From Macrostomum lignano (Eukaryota), in assembly GCA_002269645.1 (NCBI GenBank), contig NIVC01000995.1, positions 186,001 through 250,000 of the forward strand: a stretch of 64,000 nt of DNA, in the 5' to 3' direction. This document shows positions 35,567 to 47,891 of this stretch, piece after piece (the stretch's first letter is position 1; the number at the start of each line of letters is the position of its first letter). Made by a program: the position numbers and the translations under genes. The notes below the pieces were generated by a model. The model saw nothing but the letters and a program-made list of their open reading frames with translations. It ran no database searches and had not been told where the DNA came from.

Positions 35567-38500
35567 CTAGGGTGACGAATCCGGAGACGAGAGGCCCAAC
35601 AAATTTGGTGAGGTTTCCACAACTGGCCGAATATCCTGCAGCTGGACAGCATCGCCTTCCGTACCTGCGACATTGGCGGCGACATTATTAGCAACGTCGG
35701 CAGCGACATTGGCGGCGACATCAGTAGCAACGTCGGCAGCGACATCATTGGCGACATCATTAGCAACGTCGGCAGCGACATCATTGGCGACATCATTAGC
35801 GACGTCGGCAGCGACATCATTAGCGACGTCGGCAGCGACATCATTAGCGACATCATTAGCGACGTCGGCAGCGACATTGGAACTATTTTCAGCGTCTCCC
35901 CGGTCGCTAACAGCAGCGACAACGTCGGCTGGCGGACCAGCAAATGTTGCCGGCAGTTGATGGGCCTGCGACAGAGGCGGGTAGTCGCGAAGGAATTCAG
36001 GAACGGAGGCGGCGGCAGCAAGCCGCTCCATATAAGGTAGCAGGTCGCGCAGCTCAGTGTCGGCCTGGTCGCCCACCCAGGTGTGCACCCGGATCTGCGG
36101 AGCAGACAGGGTCATGGTAATTCAAAGATGCAAACCATGAAGCCCAAATTTCAAAAATAATGAGATTTAGAACCTTAATTTTGACATATAATTCTAAAAC
36201 ATTTTAATCCGGATCTCAAATTATGATTAAATAAGGATCACAAGTCATCAAATTTAGAGCACCAATCAGCAAATGAAGGTAAAAAAAACAATAAATTCAG
36301 GTAACAATGATCAAGTCCAGGTCAGGACTCACCAAATTCAGCTCACAACTAATCAAATCCAGGTCACAAATCATCAAATCCAGGTCACAAATCATCAAAT
36401 CCAGGTCACAAATCATCAAATTCAGGTCACAAATCACCAAATCCAGGTCACATACCATTAAATCCAGGTCACAAATCATCAAATGCAAGTCACAATTAAA
36501 TAAATCCAGGTCACAAATAATCAAATCCAGGTCACAAATAATCAGATCCAGGTCAAAAATCATCAAACCCGGGTCACAAATCATCTAATCTAGATCAAAA
36601 TCATCAAATCCAGGTCACAAATCATTAAATCCGGGTCACAAATCATCAAATCCAGGTCACAAATCATCAGATCCAGGTCACAAATCATCAAATCCAGGTC
36701 ACAAATCATTAAATCCGGGTCACAAATCATCAAATCCAGGTCACAAATCATCAGATCCAGGTCACAAATCATCAAATCTAGGTCACAAATCATCAAATCC
36801 GGGTCACAAATAATCAAAATCAAGATTCTGAAACCTCGAAACCTAGGTCGAAATAAGATTATATAATGATTCTGAAATCCAGATAGCATCAGACCCGAAA
36901 ATTGAAAGAGATGAGAGCTTAAAGAACTACAGTTTTCTGTCTGTGAGCTTTCCAATCCAGATGACTGTAAATCAAGCCAGCCAAGGACACGAACCGCATT
37001 CTCCGTATTGAACATGTAGGACGCGGGCGAATTATCAATGATAACGCAGCGGTCAACCGGCCGGCCCAGCTGGGCCAGGTCCTTCACGAAATTGTCGCAG
37101 TGAAGGACGCAGGACTCGCGAAACAGGCGGTGCTTGAATGTGGACCACCGGTCCAGACGGTCCGACACGGGGTCTGCGTACTGCGGGTGAAAATATTACT
37201 GTTTAAAATGACACTCTGGGAGAACGCGATCGCCAGTGACCCCGGGTTCGATTCCGCGCGTGGGCCACATTAATTAGGGGCTTGAGCACTAATCAGCGGA
37301 CAAAGGTTCTATTGAGAGCTAACGGTGCAAGAAATACCTTAGCGAGGCTGGCGGTGAAGAGCACGCATTCGTACAGCTGGCCCATTCTTTCCAGGAATTC
37401 ATCCGCGTATGGCCGCTTCAACACGTACACCTGGTGCACCAGGCCTTCGATTTCAACGTCGATGACAAAGTCCGGCTCATCGACAAACTGTTAGAAAAAT
37501 TATATAGCGAGGTCGAGAGCTAATTTCAGGTGGAATATAAATGTTATTTTGAGGACCTGAAGGACGTTTGCCCAGCAACTGAGGATCTGGGAGGCTGGCC
37601 CAGCAACTGAGGATCTGGGAGGCTGGCCCAGCAACTGAGGATCTGGGAGGCTGACCCAGCAACTGAGGATCTGGGAGGCTGGCCCAGCAACTGACGATCT
37701 GGGAGGCTGGCTCAGCAACTGACGATCTGGGAGGTTGGCCCAGCAACTGAGGATCTGGGAGGCTGGCCCAGCAACTGAGGATCTGGGAGGCTGGCCCAGC
37801 AACTGACGATCTGGGAGGCTGGCTCAGCAACTGACGATCTGGGAGGTTGGCCCAGCAACTGAGGATCTGGGAGGCTGGCCCAGCAACTGAGGATCTGGGA
37901 GGCTGGCCCAGCAACTGACGATCTGGGAGGCTGGCTCAGCAACTGACGATCTGGGAGGTTGGCCCAGCAACTGAGGATCTGGGAGGCTGGCCCAGCAACT
38001 GACGATCTGGGAGGCTGGCTCAGCAACTGACGATCTGGGAGGTTGGCCCAGCAACTGAGGATCTGGGAGGCTGGCCCAGCAACTGACGATCTGGGAGGAT
38101 GGCTCAGCAACTGAGGATCTGGGAGGCTGGCCCAGCAACTGAGGATCTGGGAGGCTGGCCCAGCAACTGACGATCTGGGAGGTTGGCCCAGCAACTGAGG
38201 ATCTGGGAGGCTGGCCCAGCAACTGACGATCTGGGAGGATGGCTCAGCAACTGAGGATCTGGGAGGCTGGCCCAGCAACTGAGGATCTGGGAGGCTGGCC
38301 CAGCAACTGACGATCTGGGAGGCTGGCTCAGCAACTGACGATCTGGGAGGTTGGCCCAGCAACTGAGGATCTGGGAGGCTGGCCCAGCAACTGACGATCT
38401 GGGAGGCTGGCTCAGCAACTGACGATCTGGGAGGTTGGCCCAGCAACTGAGGATCTGGGAGGCTGGCCCAGCAACTGACGATCTGGGAGGATGGCTCAGC

Positions 38501-41500
38501 AACTGAGGATCTGGGAGGCTGGCCCAGCAACTGAGGATCTGGGAGGCTGGCCCAGCAACTGACGATCTGGGAGGTTGGCCCAGCAACTGAGGATCTGGGA
38601 GGCTGGCCCAGCAACTGACGATCTGGGAGGATGGCTCAGCAACTGAGGATCTGGGAGGCTGGCCCAGCAACTGAGGATCTGGGAGGCTGGCTCAGCAACT
38701 GACGATCTGGGAGGTTGGCCCAGCAACTGAGGATCTGGGAGGATGGCTCAGCAACTGAGGATCTAAGAGGCTGGCCCAGCAACTGAGGATCTGGGAGGCT
38801 GGCCCAGCAACTGAGAATCTGGGAGGCTGGCCCAGCAACTGAGGATCTGGGAGGCTGGCCCAGCAACTGAGAATCTGGGAGGCTGGCCCAGCAACTGAGG
38901 ATCTGGGAGGCTGGCCCAGCAACTGACGATCTGGGAGGATGTGGCTGAGCAACTGAGGATCTGGGAGGCTGGCTCAGCAACTGACGATCTGGGAGGCTGG
39001 CTCAGCAACTGACGATCTGGGAGGTTGGCCCAGCAACTGGGGATCTGGCAGGCTGGCCCAGCAACTGAGGATTTGGGAGGCTGGCCCAGCAACTGAGGAT
39101 CTGGGAGGATGTGGCTGAGCAACTGAGGATCTGGGAGGCTGGCCCAGCAACTGACGATCTGGGAGGATGTGGCTGAGCAACTGAGGATCTGGGAGGCTGG
39201 CCCAGCAACTGACGATCTGGGAGGCTGGCTCAGCAACTGACGATCTGGGAGGTTGGCCCAGCAACTGACGATCTGGGAGGCTGGCCCAGCAACTGACGAT
39301 TTGGGAGGTTGGCCCAGCAACTGGGGATCTGAGAAGCTGGCCCAGCAACTGAGGATCTGGGAGGCTGGCCCAGCAACTGAGGATCTGGTAGGTTGGCCCA
39401 GCAACTGAGGATCTGGGAGGCTGGCCCAGCAACTGACGATCTGGGAGGATGGCTCAGCAACTGAGGATCTGGGAGGCTGGCCCAGCAACTGAGGATCTGG
39501 GAGGCTGGTCCAGCAACTGAGGATCTGGGAGGCTGGCTCAGCAACTGAGGATCTGGGAGGCTGGGCCAGTGGAAACCTGGTAGCAAAGCCAATGCCCAAC
39601 CTTGAATGAGCTGTGCACCAGAGTTTCGTCCAAGTCAATAACAGCACAAATCTTATCGCCCAAGTCGGGATCTCGCGGTCCCAGCAGGTCGATAGAGAAT
39701 GTCTGGCCATTCTGCCCGTGATGGTGATGATGGTGATGGTTGTGGTGCTGCTGTTGCTGCTGCTGTTGTTGGCGCCTTCTAGTGGACGAGCGCCGATTAA
39801 AGCAGAAGCAGCAAAGCAGCTCTCGAAGCGGCCGAGGCTTTGACGGCTCGTTGACAGTAACGACATCAACTGTTGGCTCATCTGTGTCGGCTTTTTCTGC
39901 CGGGTCCTGCACAATCGGACTGATGACCTCATCCGAAGCTGCTGCAGTATCACCTGGTGGTAAGCAAATCATAAGTTTTGGTCATGTACCCTACCCGAAA
40001 CCCATTTCTGGATAGTTTTTTGAATTTTCAAGATTCAAACCAAAACGGAAGACTTAATTTTATGGAAAATATACGGGCACATAATGTTATGAGTAGATAA
40101 AATGGCATTGATTAGATAGAAAATGTGACAAGTTTGTTTTGTAAAAATTGTAAATTTAATGTAAAACACATGGCATTGTATTTGAATAGACTTACTACCA
40201 CTTGTCCTAGCCCCCTCTCAATCTTAGTGAAGTGCATAGTGCTTGGCTGACTCCAAGCATCTGCCAAGTGGTACAACACTTGGAATCGCAGGCAATCCTG
40301 TGCTGCCATCTCTTGCTACCCCCTGCTACATAGAACCTTCTTTATGCTCAACCAAAGGGATCTTAGAGTAGTCAGCATGGCTGACTTCATTTGCTATTAC
40401 TTCCTCCAAGGCCAGGTACCTAAGGAGTAATGCTTTTTTGTAATTCAGACAGTACAATGCTAAGCAACTTATTTGCCACTGCCCAATTTTCACCAGGACC
40501 AGGCTTACTCACTTTGGGCCAAATCTGGTTTTCTCCAATATTTGCAGGCCTAAAAGCATAAGTACTATTGCTTGCCTGGTACCTCAGGGACATGGGATGA
40601 TTTGAGTTCTTCCCTATCATTAGTGAGGAGGACCATACTAGAGGCAAGACCAGTGGGTCCCTTGAGCAACATCACATCACTTTAATGGGAGTCCTTGGTT
40701 TCCAGGGGCTAGCAGAATGGGCGATCTCCCTTGCAAAGAATCTGTTCAAATTACAGTTTAATTAACAAATTATGTTATCACATTTACATAATCATGTCTG
40801 GTGATGATAGACTGTTTGAGAGTCTAGCTGAGAATGACCAGAAGTTAAAGTTTCGTTAGTTTCCCATTATTTATGTTGGTCAGCAACATCAAAAAAATTC
40901 GCAATAATGTGTCCACAGTCACCTGGTGTCATCTGTTGAAGGAGCTAATGGTGTTGGGGCAATGATTGAATGCTTGAGAAACTAGTTGAGGATGCGTAGC
41001 AGTTCAGGTTTGCTTGCCCATTATTGAAGCTTGATAAGAAAAACCTGACATAGTTACAAAAGGATGTGGATGTCCATAGTCACCTGATGCCACCTGTTGA
41101 AGGTGCCGATAGTGTCAGGGTGATGACGGAATGCCCAGGAGACTAGCTGAGGGTGTCTGACAGTTAAGGCTTGAACACCGTTGAGGCTTAATTGGCAAAA
41201 CTAGAGAAATTTGTATCAGAGTGTTTATAGTCGTTGCCTAGTATCATCTGTTGAAGGTGCCGACGGCATTGGGATTATGACAGAATGTTCAAGAAACTAG
41301 CTGAGAATGTCTATCAGTTGAGGCTTGCCCATAATTGAAGCTTGATAAGAAAAATCTGACATATTTGCAACAGGATGTTCATAGTCATTTGGTGTCATCT
41401 GTTGAAGGTGCTGATGGCGTCAGGGTGATGACAGAATGCATGAGAGACTAGCTGAGGATGTCCAGCAGTTGAGGCTTGCCCATTGTCAAGGCTTGATCAG

Positions 41501-43669
41501 CAAAACTAGAGAAATTTGCAACAGCATGTTTATAGTCACCTGGTACCACCTGTTGAAGGTCCAGAAGTTCCACCTGGACAAAGGCTAATGACCAACGAAG
41601 TCAGAGCTGATGCAGACACATGTGGTCGACATGTTGATGAAATTTGGAGACTTGGCAAGGCTGCACTGAGGCACAGTGCTAATTGGTGCACAATGTGTAC
41701 TGAATACACTGGCGCTTATAGGAAAAATTGGACTTTCTGTCAGAATTGTTGAATATCTCGATGGTCCAGAGGGCTGGTGACTTGATTCTTGTTTGAGAAG
41801 GTGCGCAACAAAAGTTGGCCTGTGTTCTTGAATTTCACATGCCTGTGCTGCTCTGTTCTGGCATAGCAAAAAAATTGTCAGGGGGGAAATCCCCCTTCTT
41901 GGTAGTTTGATGGGTGGAAAAATGGCTTGGCATTCTTAGTATTAATGAAAATCTTAAACTTCTGTTAATGGCAAAAGTGATATTTACTAATAAGCATTAA
42001 TCTGTTAATTGTAACAAAAATATAGGAAATTTACACTTTTTCCAAAACAGGTTTCATGATGCACTCACTGTCTTTGCTTTTCTATCTTTTTAGCCAATAT
42101 AGAAAGGTCATCTAAGCAAAGCAATTTATGTACTAAAGTAGCAAAAAATAAATAAAAACTTGTATTTAAAATACTACTAAAAGTAAATAAGAAACAAGCA
42201 AAAAGTATTATTTACTTAAAACTTGAGTCATTTAATTAATAAAAAAATAAACATAAAAGTTGTTTCAAAGTACTATATAGTGCTAGGCCTATACTATAAA
42301 AGTATTATAGGTAAGGTATATAAGTATAAGTATATAGGTTGTATTATAGTAGGCATATTAGAAAGTTTTGTAAGATTAGAAAAGAAGTAAATCAAAGTAA
42401 TGCTCATGTGCAAGCAATAAAATTAATAATTTTTAATTTATTATTTAAAGTTTATAAATAACTAATCTAATTAATTATTTAATCCGGGAGGCTGCGCCCC
42501 CGGCCCAGACAAGGTCCCCATTGAGGCGCTGCAAGTCACAAGGGTTGCCACTGAGGTGGCCCACGTGATGAACGGCATCCTAGCAGGAGGCCCCGCACCC
42601 AGCAAGTGGATGGAGGCCAACATCGTTGCATCACGAAGAAGCTGGGCACTACACGGAAGGAGGAGCATTGTGGAATCTCGCTCATGTCCTGTACCACGAA
42701 GCTGTTCAACCGGGTGCTATTAGCACAGTTACAGCCAATGCTAGACTCACTCCTGCGGTACAAGCAGAACAGGTTCCGCCCCTGTCGCAATACGGTGATG
42801 CAGATCTTGGCCCTCTGCTGCATCATCGAGGAGGCACACATCCACCAGTCAAGCCTTATTGTCATCTTTGTTGACTTCCTCAAGGCCTTTGACTTAGTGG
42901 CGCGCGGTGCACTGCCTCACATGCTCCGTGCCTACAATGTGCCGCAGCAGCTGATCTCCGCCATCATGGCACTGTATCAGGACACCACCGCCGCAGTAGC
43001 AGTCAGCAGCACCTGTGGCTGGCCGGACATGTCATCTGGGCCAAAGCCTACTGCCCAGAGCCATTGCAGGACGTCCTGCTGTGGGCCCCACAGGGACCGC
43101 GTAGGCGTGGCCAGGGATGATCAGCCCACTACATCAACAGCCTTTTTGAAGATGCGCGAGCACCCAGCCAGGCGGCCAGTGTGAAGCACATTAGAGACCT
43201 AGCTCTGAAATGCCCGATTTGATGCTTCCACCTTTTGGCCACTTCTGTGGCTGGCATGGGGCGTAACTAATATTGTTATTATAATTAATTAAATTAAGAT
43301 TTTGTTTTATTTGCATTATTATTAGAGATATTGTATTTAATAAATTTAATATTATTTGTTTCTGTTTATAACATTTTATTATTGCACCAATAATTTATAT
43401 TAGTTAATTTACTTATATATTATTTTCTAAAAAATAGACCTATCAAAGGGTCTGTTATTAGTATAAATAATGCCAAATAATATAAAGCTCTAAGATTTCT
43501 TACCTTGGCCATGAATAGGCCTATTATTTGAATGTTCCATATTTGACGCATCATTATTTGAAGACACTTTATTTTCAGGATTTGATTTTACTTCTAAATT
43601 AGGCCTCTCAACATCAGTTGAAACAAAGTCAGGGTCATTTACTTGTGTTATAATTGAAGAAATATCCAT
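35567..43669 (-). CDS. CTDSPL: CTD small phosphatase (SCP/CTDSP family HAD phosphatase), ~460 aa
   Basis: Exons 43504-43669, 39601-39953, 37338-37487, 36995-37180 and 35567-36094, with phases 1,0,0,0. Motifs include the N-terminal [17 protein letters not shown], catalytic [56 protein letters not shown] and DTELRDLLP. Confidence 0.93.
36310..36810. repeat. 21-bp minisatellite AAATCATCAAATCCAGGTCAC (intron 4)
   Basis: Seen directly. Confidence 0.93.
37570..39565. repeat. 28-bp minisatellite CCCAGCAACTGAGGATCTGGGAGGCTGG, ~70 copies (intron 2)
   Basis: Seen directly. Occupies ~95% of the intron. Confidence 0.97.
40900..41620. repeat. Old degenerate tandem repeat, ~150-bp unit, ~5 copies
   Basis: ATAGTCAC..CA(T/C)CTGTTGAAGGTG..ACTAGCTGAG..GGCTTG recurs at ~150-160 bp spacing. 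Confidence 0.7.
42480..43200 (+). mobile_element. RTE-like LINE reverse transcriptase fragment (decayed)
   Basis: [18 protein letters not shown](N)RFRPCR.T..QILAL..IIEE..IFVDF.KAFD.V.R..L...L.AY.VP matches non-LTR RT domains 0-3. Confidence 0.85.
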
Positions 43670-44419
43670 GATATGATAGTTGATGCCGTTGATGGCACTA
43701 GTTGTAGTTGAATAAATATATGATCCCACTTTTTCTTAAAAATTAGTATTAGTAACTAGGCCTGACAAAAAGCAGAAGCTGTCAAAAAGTAAATTAAATA
43801 GCCAAGATGTCAATCTTTTTATTCACTTTTTTAGTATATATAGGCTATACAGGCCTATTAAGCCTGGTTGGTAGTTATATAAATCTTTAATCTAGCTTGG
43901 TTTTTGTAACTACAAAACCATGCTGCCTGAAATAAAATTAATATGTATACATTGTTTGAGCCAAATTAGACACAATAGTACTCTGGTCAGTGAGCAGTGC
44001 CAAAAATATTCGACCCTTGACCATTGACCACGATTGTGTTTTTATGTAAAACTTTTGCGAAAACGGTGTTCGCTTTTTCAACCCATTAACCTAAATACAA
44101 TGGCTTATGCACAGATTTTACAAAGAAAGAACCGCACAAGGCGTTTTATAACAGTGCTAGTAATCCGTAGATTAAAGCTCCCGTCGAGTATGCGCGCTTA
44201 AATTAATATAATTTAATAGTCAGATTGAATCGAGACGCAATTTATAAGAAGCGAGGAACTTAAATATGTCGTCTAAAATCATTGCTATATTGTCAATTTA
44301 CTGCAGTTTTTATGTTTGCTATAAGTTGATAAATGTTACTCAGAATGTTTTAATACTAATACTATCATGGTATTTTTGTTTTTTGTTGTCCTTTCAGTTC
44401 TTCCGTATATATTTTGTCA

Positions 44420-46500
44420 TTATATATTAGGACGCAGAGGGTAGACCCCTGGCCCACTTGGCAGTGCGCGGGCCTGGCCGCAGCGCAGTTGCTCAGTCGG
44501 CCGGTGCAGCAAGAGCGCAGCAGCGATCAGTAAAGCGCATCCAGCGCTCGCTCTCGCGGCTCGGTCAGCGGCACAGTCTCCATGCCGTAAAGGAGGATCG
44601 GCTCTACGGCCGTGCGGAATAGGCGCACCTTCGGGTCGTCTCTGGCCAGCTGGATTGAGACGTTCCTGAGGAGGTGCGTGGCGCGCCAGGGCGCTGAGGT
44701 AACGGAATGAAGTCCTCGCACGCCGCGATGCCGTCTCCATTGGGCAGCGTGAGAGTTGTGGTGGTATTTGAGATTTGTGAGTGCAGCGCCTCCGTCTTGC
44801 AAGATTCACCAGCAGCCCAGCAAGGGTGCCCTCGCGCAGGCCTTGTGAGAGCGCGCTGGGCGGCAGCTAAATCGCGGCAGAGCAGCAGCGCGATTCGTCA
44901 TAATACGCGAGAGCGGGCAGCAAAACAGGAACTCAAGGGCGCCTGAGCTGTGCTGAACTTTCTGTGGGACCATCGCTCGACATGACAAATTAGGCCCTGG
45001 AGTCAGGCCTGGACACCGAGTCAAACGCCTGCGGGAGTCGACAAAGAGGATTGCCACGGAGGGCTGGCGCGTCTTGTGCAGGCCTCGATGACAAAGAGGA
45101 TGGTGGCATTCAATCTAGAATCTATAGCGGAAGCCGCTTGCAATTTGGAGGCTCAGCAGCAGCGGGCTGAGGCCGGGCAGGAGGCTGTTGCGCAGAATTG
45201 CGTTCAGCAGCTTCGGAGTTGTGCATTCTAGCGCGATGCCCCGCTGGTTGTCCAGATTTCCAGGACGCCTTTCTTCGGGATAGAGACAATCTTGGAGGTG
45301 CGCCATTGCCGAGGAGTTGATCAAACGGTCTCGTTGCCTCCAAAGCTGCACTGCTTTTCAGCGGGCTGGTGATTATTGTGGTGATCTCGGGCAGCTTCAG
45401 GTGCGCTGCAGCTCGTCTCTGGCAGCACTGGCCTGGTCGCTGTCGTGGCCGTGGAGTGCAGCAGTGCTCTGCATTTCCCGCTTTGCCAGGGAGATGATGA
45501 GATCGCTGTCCCACAGGGCCTTTGGATGGTTTGCCTGCCTCCGTTGGAGAAGCACTGCAGAATCATCAACGGCGTGATGGAGAGACTCGAAGGACCCGGC
45601 AGGAGCAGGAGTGGCGGCAAGCAGCTAGCTTGCGTAGGAAGGCCTGCCGCGTGTCCGGGTTTCTCAAGTCTGCCCAGAGCGGGTGAGGTGGCGCAGGCCG
45701 GAGCTTTTGCCAGAACAGATTGAAGTCACTTGCCACCAGGCAGTGATCAGATTGAACTCAGTCGGGGCGGATGTTGAGGAGGACTCTGCGCACCTTGGAC
45801 CTCAGTGCACTTGGGCAGAGAATCCAGTCCAGCCAAGTGGTTCGCCCGTAAAGGGGCCAAAGAGAGTTGGAAACTTTCTGAGGCGCTATCGCATGGAGCC
45901 ATTGACAGCCATCAGATATCTATGGCCTGGATAAAACTGGTTGGAGAGATGATCGAGTTGGCATTGGGGATGCCACAGCTGTTTTCACCTGGCGGTCGTA
46001 GGCTGGCAATAGCGAGATGAAATCACCAGCAACAATGACAGAGTCCCGAGCAGGGATGGAATCAAGCATGCACCCCAGAGTGTCGTAAATGGCTTCTGTC
46101 TCAGATGGATCTTCGCTGGTCCGGGGGGCCTTTGGAGCATATAGACGCGCAGATGATGTGAATCCGCCTGTCTTCCCCGGCAATAGAGGCGTGTCCCAGG
46201 CGCTCGGATGGGAACTTGATGTCCTGCAGCGCTCTGAATGCGGCAGAGCAGGATGCCTCCAGTTCCCTGAGGAGTGGCTGGGGATCCGAGTTGGGTGGGA
46301 GCACTGGCCCCAGAGGCTCCGGCAGGCCGCAAGTCCTGATGGGTTCGATGAGCATTGGCGTGGACCTCCTTGCGCCGCACATTAAAGGGCTGCCGACGGC
46401 GCTTGGAGTCCTGACTCCATCGTCCCCTGTGAGTCGCCTCTGTGAGTTGTCTCGATAAAACATTCAATTCGATCCTGTAAGTAAGCCGAATCAATTGTGA
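44420..46500 (-). mobile_element. Decayed RTE-like LINE: endonuclease, RT N-terminal and C-terminal fragments
   Basis: YAP..E..YDTL...LDSIP..D.VIVAGDF (APE domain, ~46000-46150), NQRGIALECTTPKLLNAILRN (RT, ~45200) and KVRLFRTAVEPILLYGMET (C-terminus, ~44600), broken by multiple frameshifts. Confidence 0.8.
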
Positions 46501-46972
46501 GTACGAGTAGCACCATTCAGCTCGTGGTTCTGTGGTGCATAGCAATGGGCATCGAAATGATCGAGGAGGGTGATTACGCTACAGCATAAATTTATTTACC
46601 TGACATCCACTAGACGCTAATAAACGATACGAGCGCGCGTAATAAAAAGTCGCTGCAAAGCCTCTGTCCTCTCATGTTCCCATGTAAATTTATCCTGTTC
46701 AGAGTACAAATCAAGTTTCATTTTTGTAAGATTTCTTAACCTGGTTTTAATTTTACGACTCAACTCATAATTCTTGCTTAATTTGGGAATTTTCATCTAT
46801 TTTTCCTACCCAAACGTTAAAAGTTACCATAGAGATGGCGAAGAGGATCGCTCGAAATGAGTAAAGCTGACTTGAAAATTGTTTTGTCTGTCCTTTTGTT
46901 TCAATCAGCTTAGCATTGGTGATTAGCAATATGAATTCCATATGATATCTGTCTCAGTTTCAAAAGCAAAAT

Positions 46973-47524
46973 ATGAGCAATACAAAGCAGGGCGTCAACC
47001 TTGACTTTGTGTTCGGGCCTGATTTGGAGCAGACGACTGCTACTACTTCCACCTCGGGCCCTGGAATCGCCAGCACTCACGCCAGAAACAAGTCCAGCGC
47101 CTACGAACAGTCCGACAGCGCGTACGGCCTCTCCTGCGTGTGTATTGTCATCTGCTCCATCGTCACCTTCAACATGGCCGCCGCGTCTCTGCTTCTAGAG
47201 AATCTGGTTATCAATCAGCGGGCAACATACATGTTCTTCGTCTCTAACGACGAGATGCTGCGCCAGCTTCCCTCTAATCGGGTCATTATTGAGTTCATCA
47301 TGTTCGAGAGCCTAGTGGCAGCCTGGGCCCTGCTAATGCAGTACAAGGCCATGGTGCTATTGTCCGCATTCACCTGCGGCACTTCCTACTACCTGGCCTA
47401 CTCCAACATGTACGCTATGGAGCACCTGATGCACAACGATATGCAGTGGATCAGTCTTCTGATTAAACCGCTACTCTGTCTGAGACTCTGCTGCACTCTG
47501 ACCCACTGGTTGGGAAAACTATAA
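46973..47524 (+). CDS. Orphan intronless multi-pass membrane protein, 183 aa
   Basis: Non-repetitive ORF with GC3-biased codons and 3-4 hydrophobic segments. A splice acceptor (TCTCAG) lies 15 nt before the ATG and AATAAA follows at ~47600. No family recognised. Confidence 0.55.
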   Translation: MSNTKQGVNLDFVFGPDLEQTTATTSTSGPGIASTHARNKSSAYEQSDSAYGLSCVCIVICSIVTFNMAAASLLLENLVINQRATYMFFVSNDEMLRQLPSNRVIIEFIMFESLVAAWALLMQYKAMVLLSAFTCGTSYYLAYSNMYAMEHLMHNDMQWISLLIKPLLCLRLCCTLTHWLGKL

Positions 47525-47891
47525 ATCGGACTCCTTGTTCCTGTTGTTCCCTGATATTGTTATGCCAAGCTTCTAAAGCAAAAATCATCAACATTTGATA
47601 AATAAAAAACTTTTAAAACTCAATGACCAGTGCTAAACTGTTTATTGCTGACATCTTTGACCAACGAGCAAACTGAATTAGCCTCAGAAATTTTTTTAAT
47701 AGAAACAGGTAAAACTGCCGAAATCATTGGAACTTCAGTTAGTGAGGTCTGAGATGCGATTGATTAAACTCAGCTCTCAGTTAGGGATGAGAAGTCACTG
47801 GATTAACAAGTAGGCGTTAAGAGCAACTCCTTGATTGACAAAATTAACAGAATGCAACAGTCAGGTAAAGGCCCCTAGCACAGGTAATCAG

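Noticed and set aside
37218-37270. B-box-like GGGTTCGATTCC in phosphatase intron 3
   Set aside because: Too short and with no recognisable cloverleaf. At most a SINE scrap.
40112-40780. Possible decayed coding element in phosphatase intron 1
   Set aside because: Hand translation gave no convincing RT, integrase or recombinase motifs.
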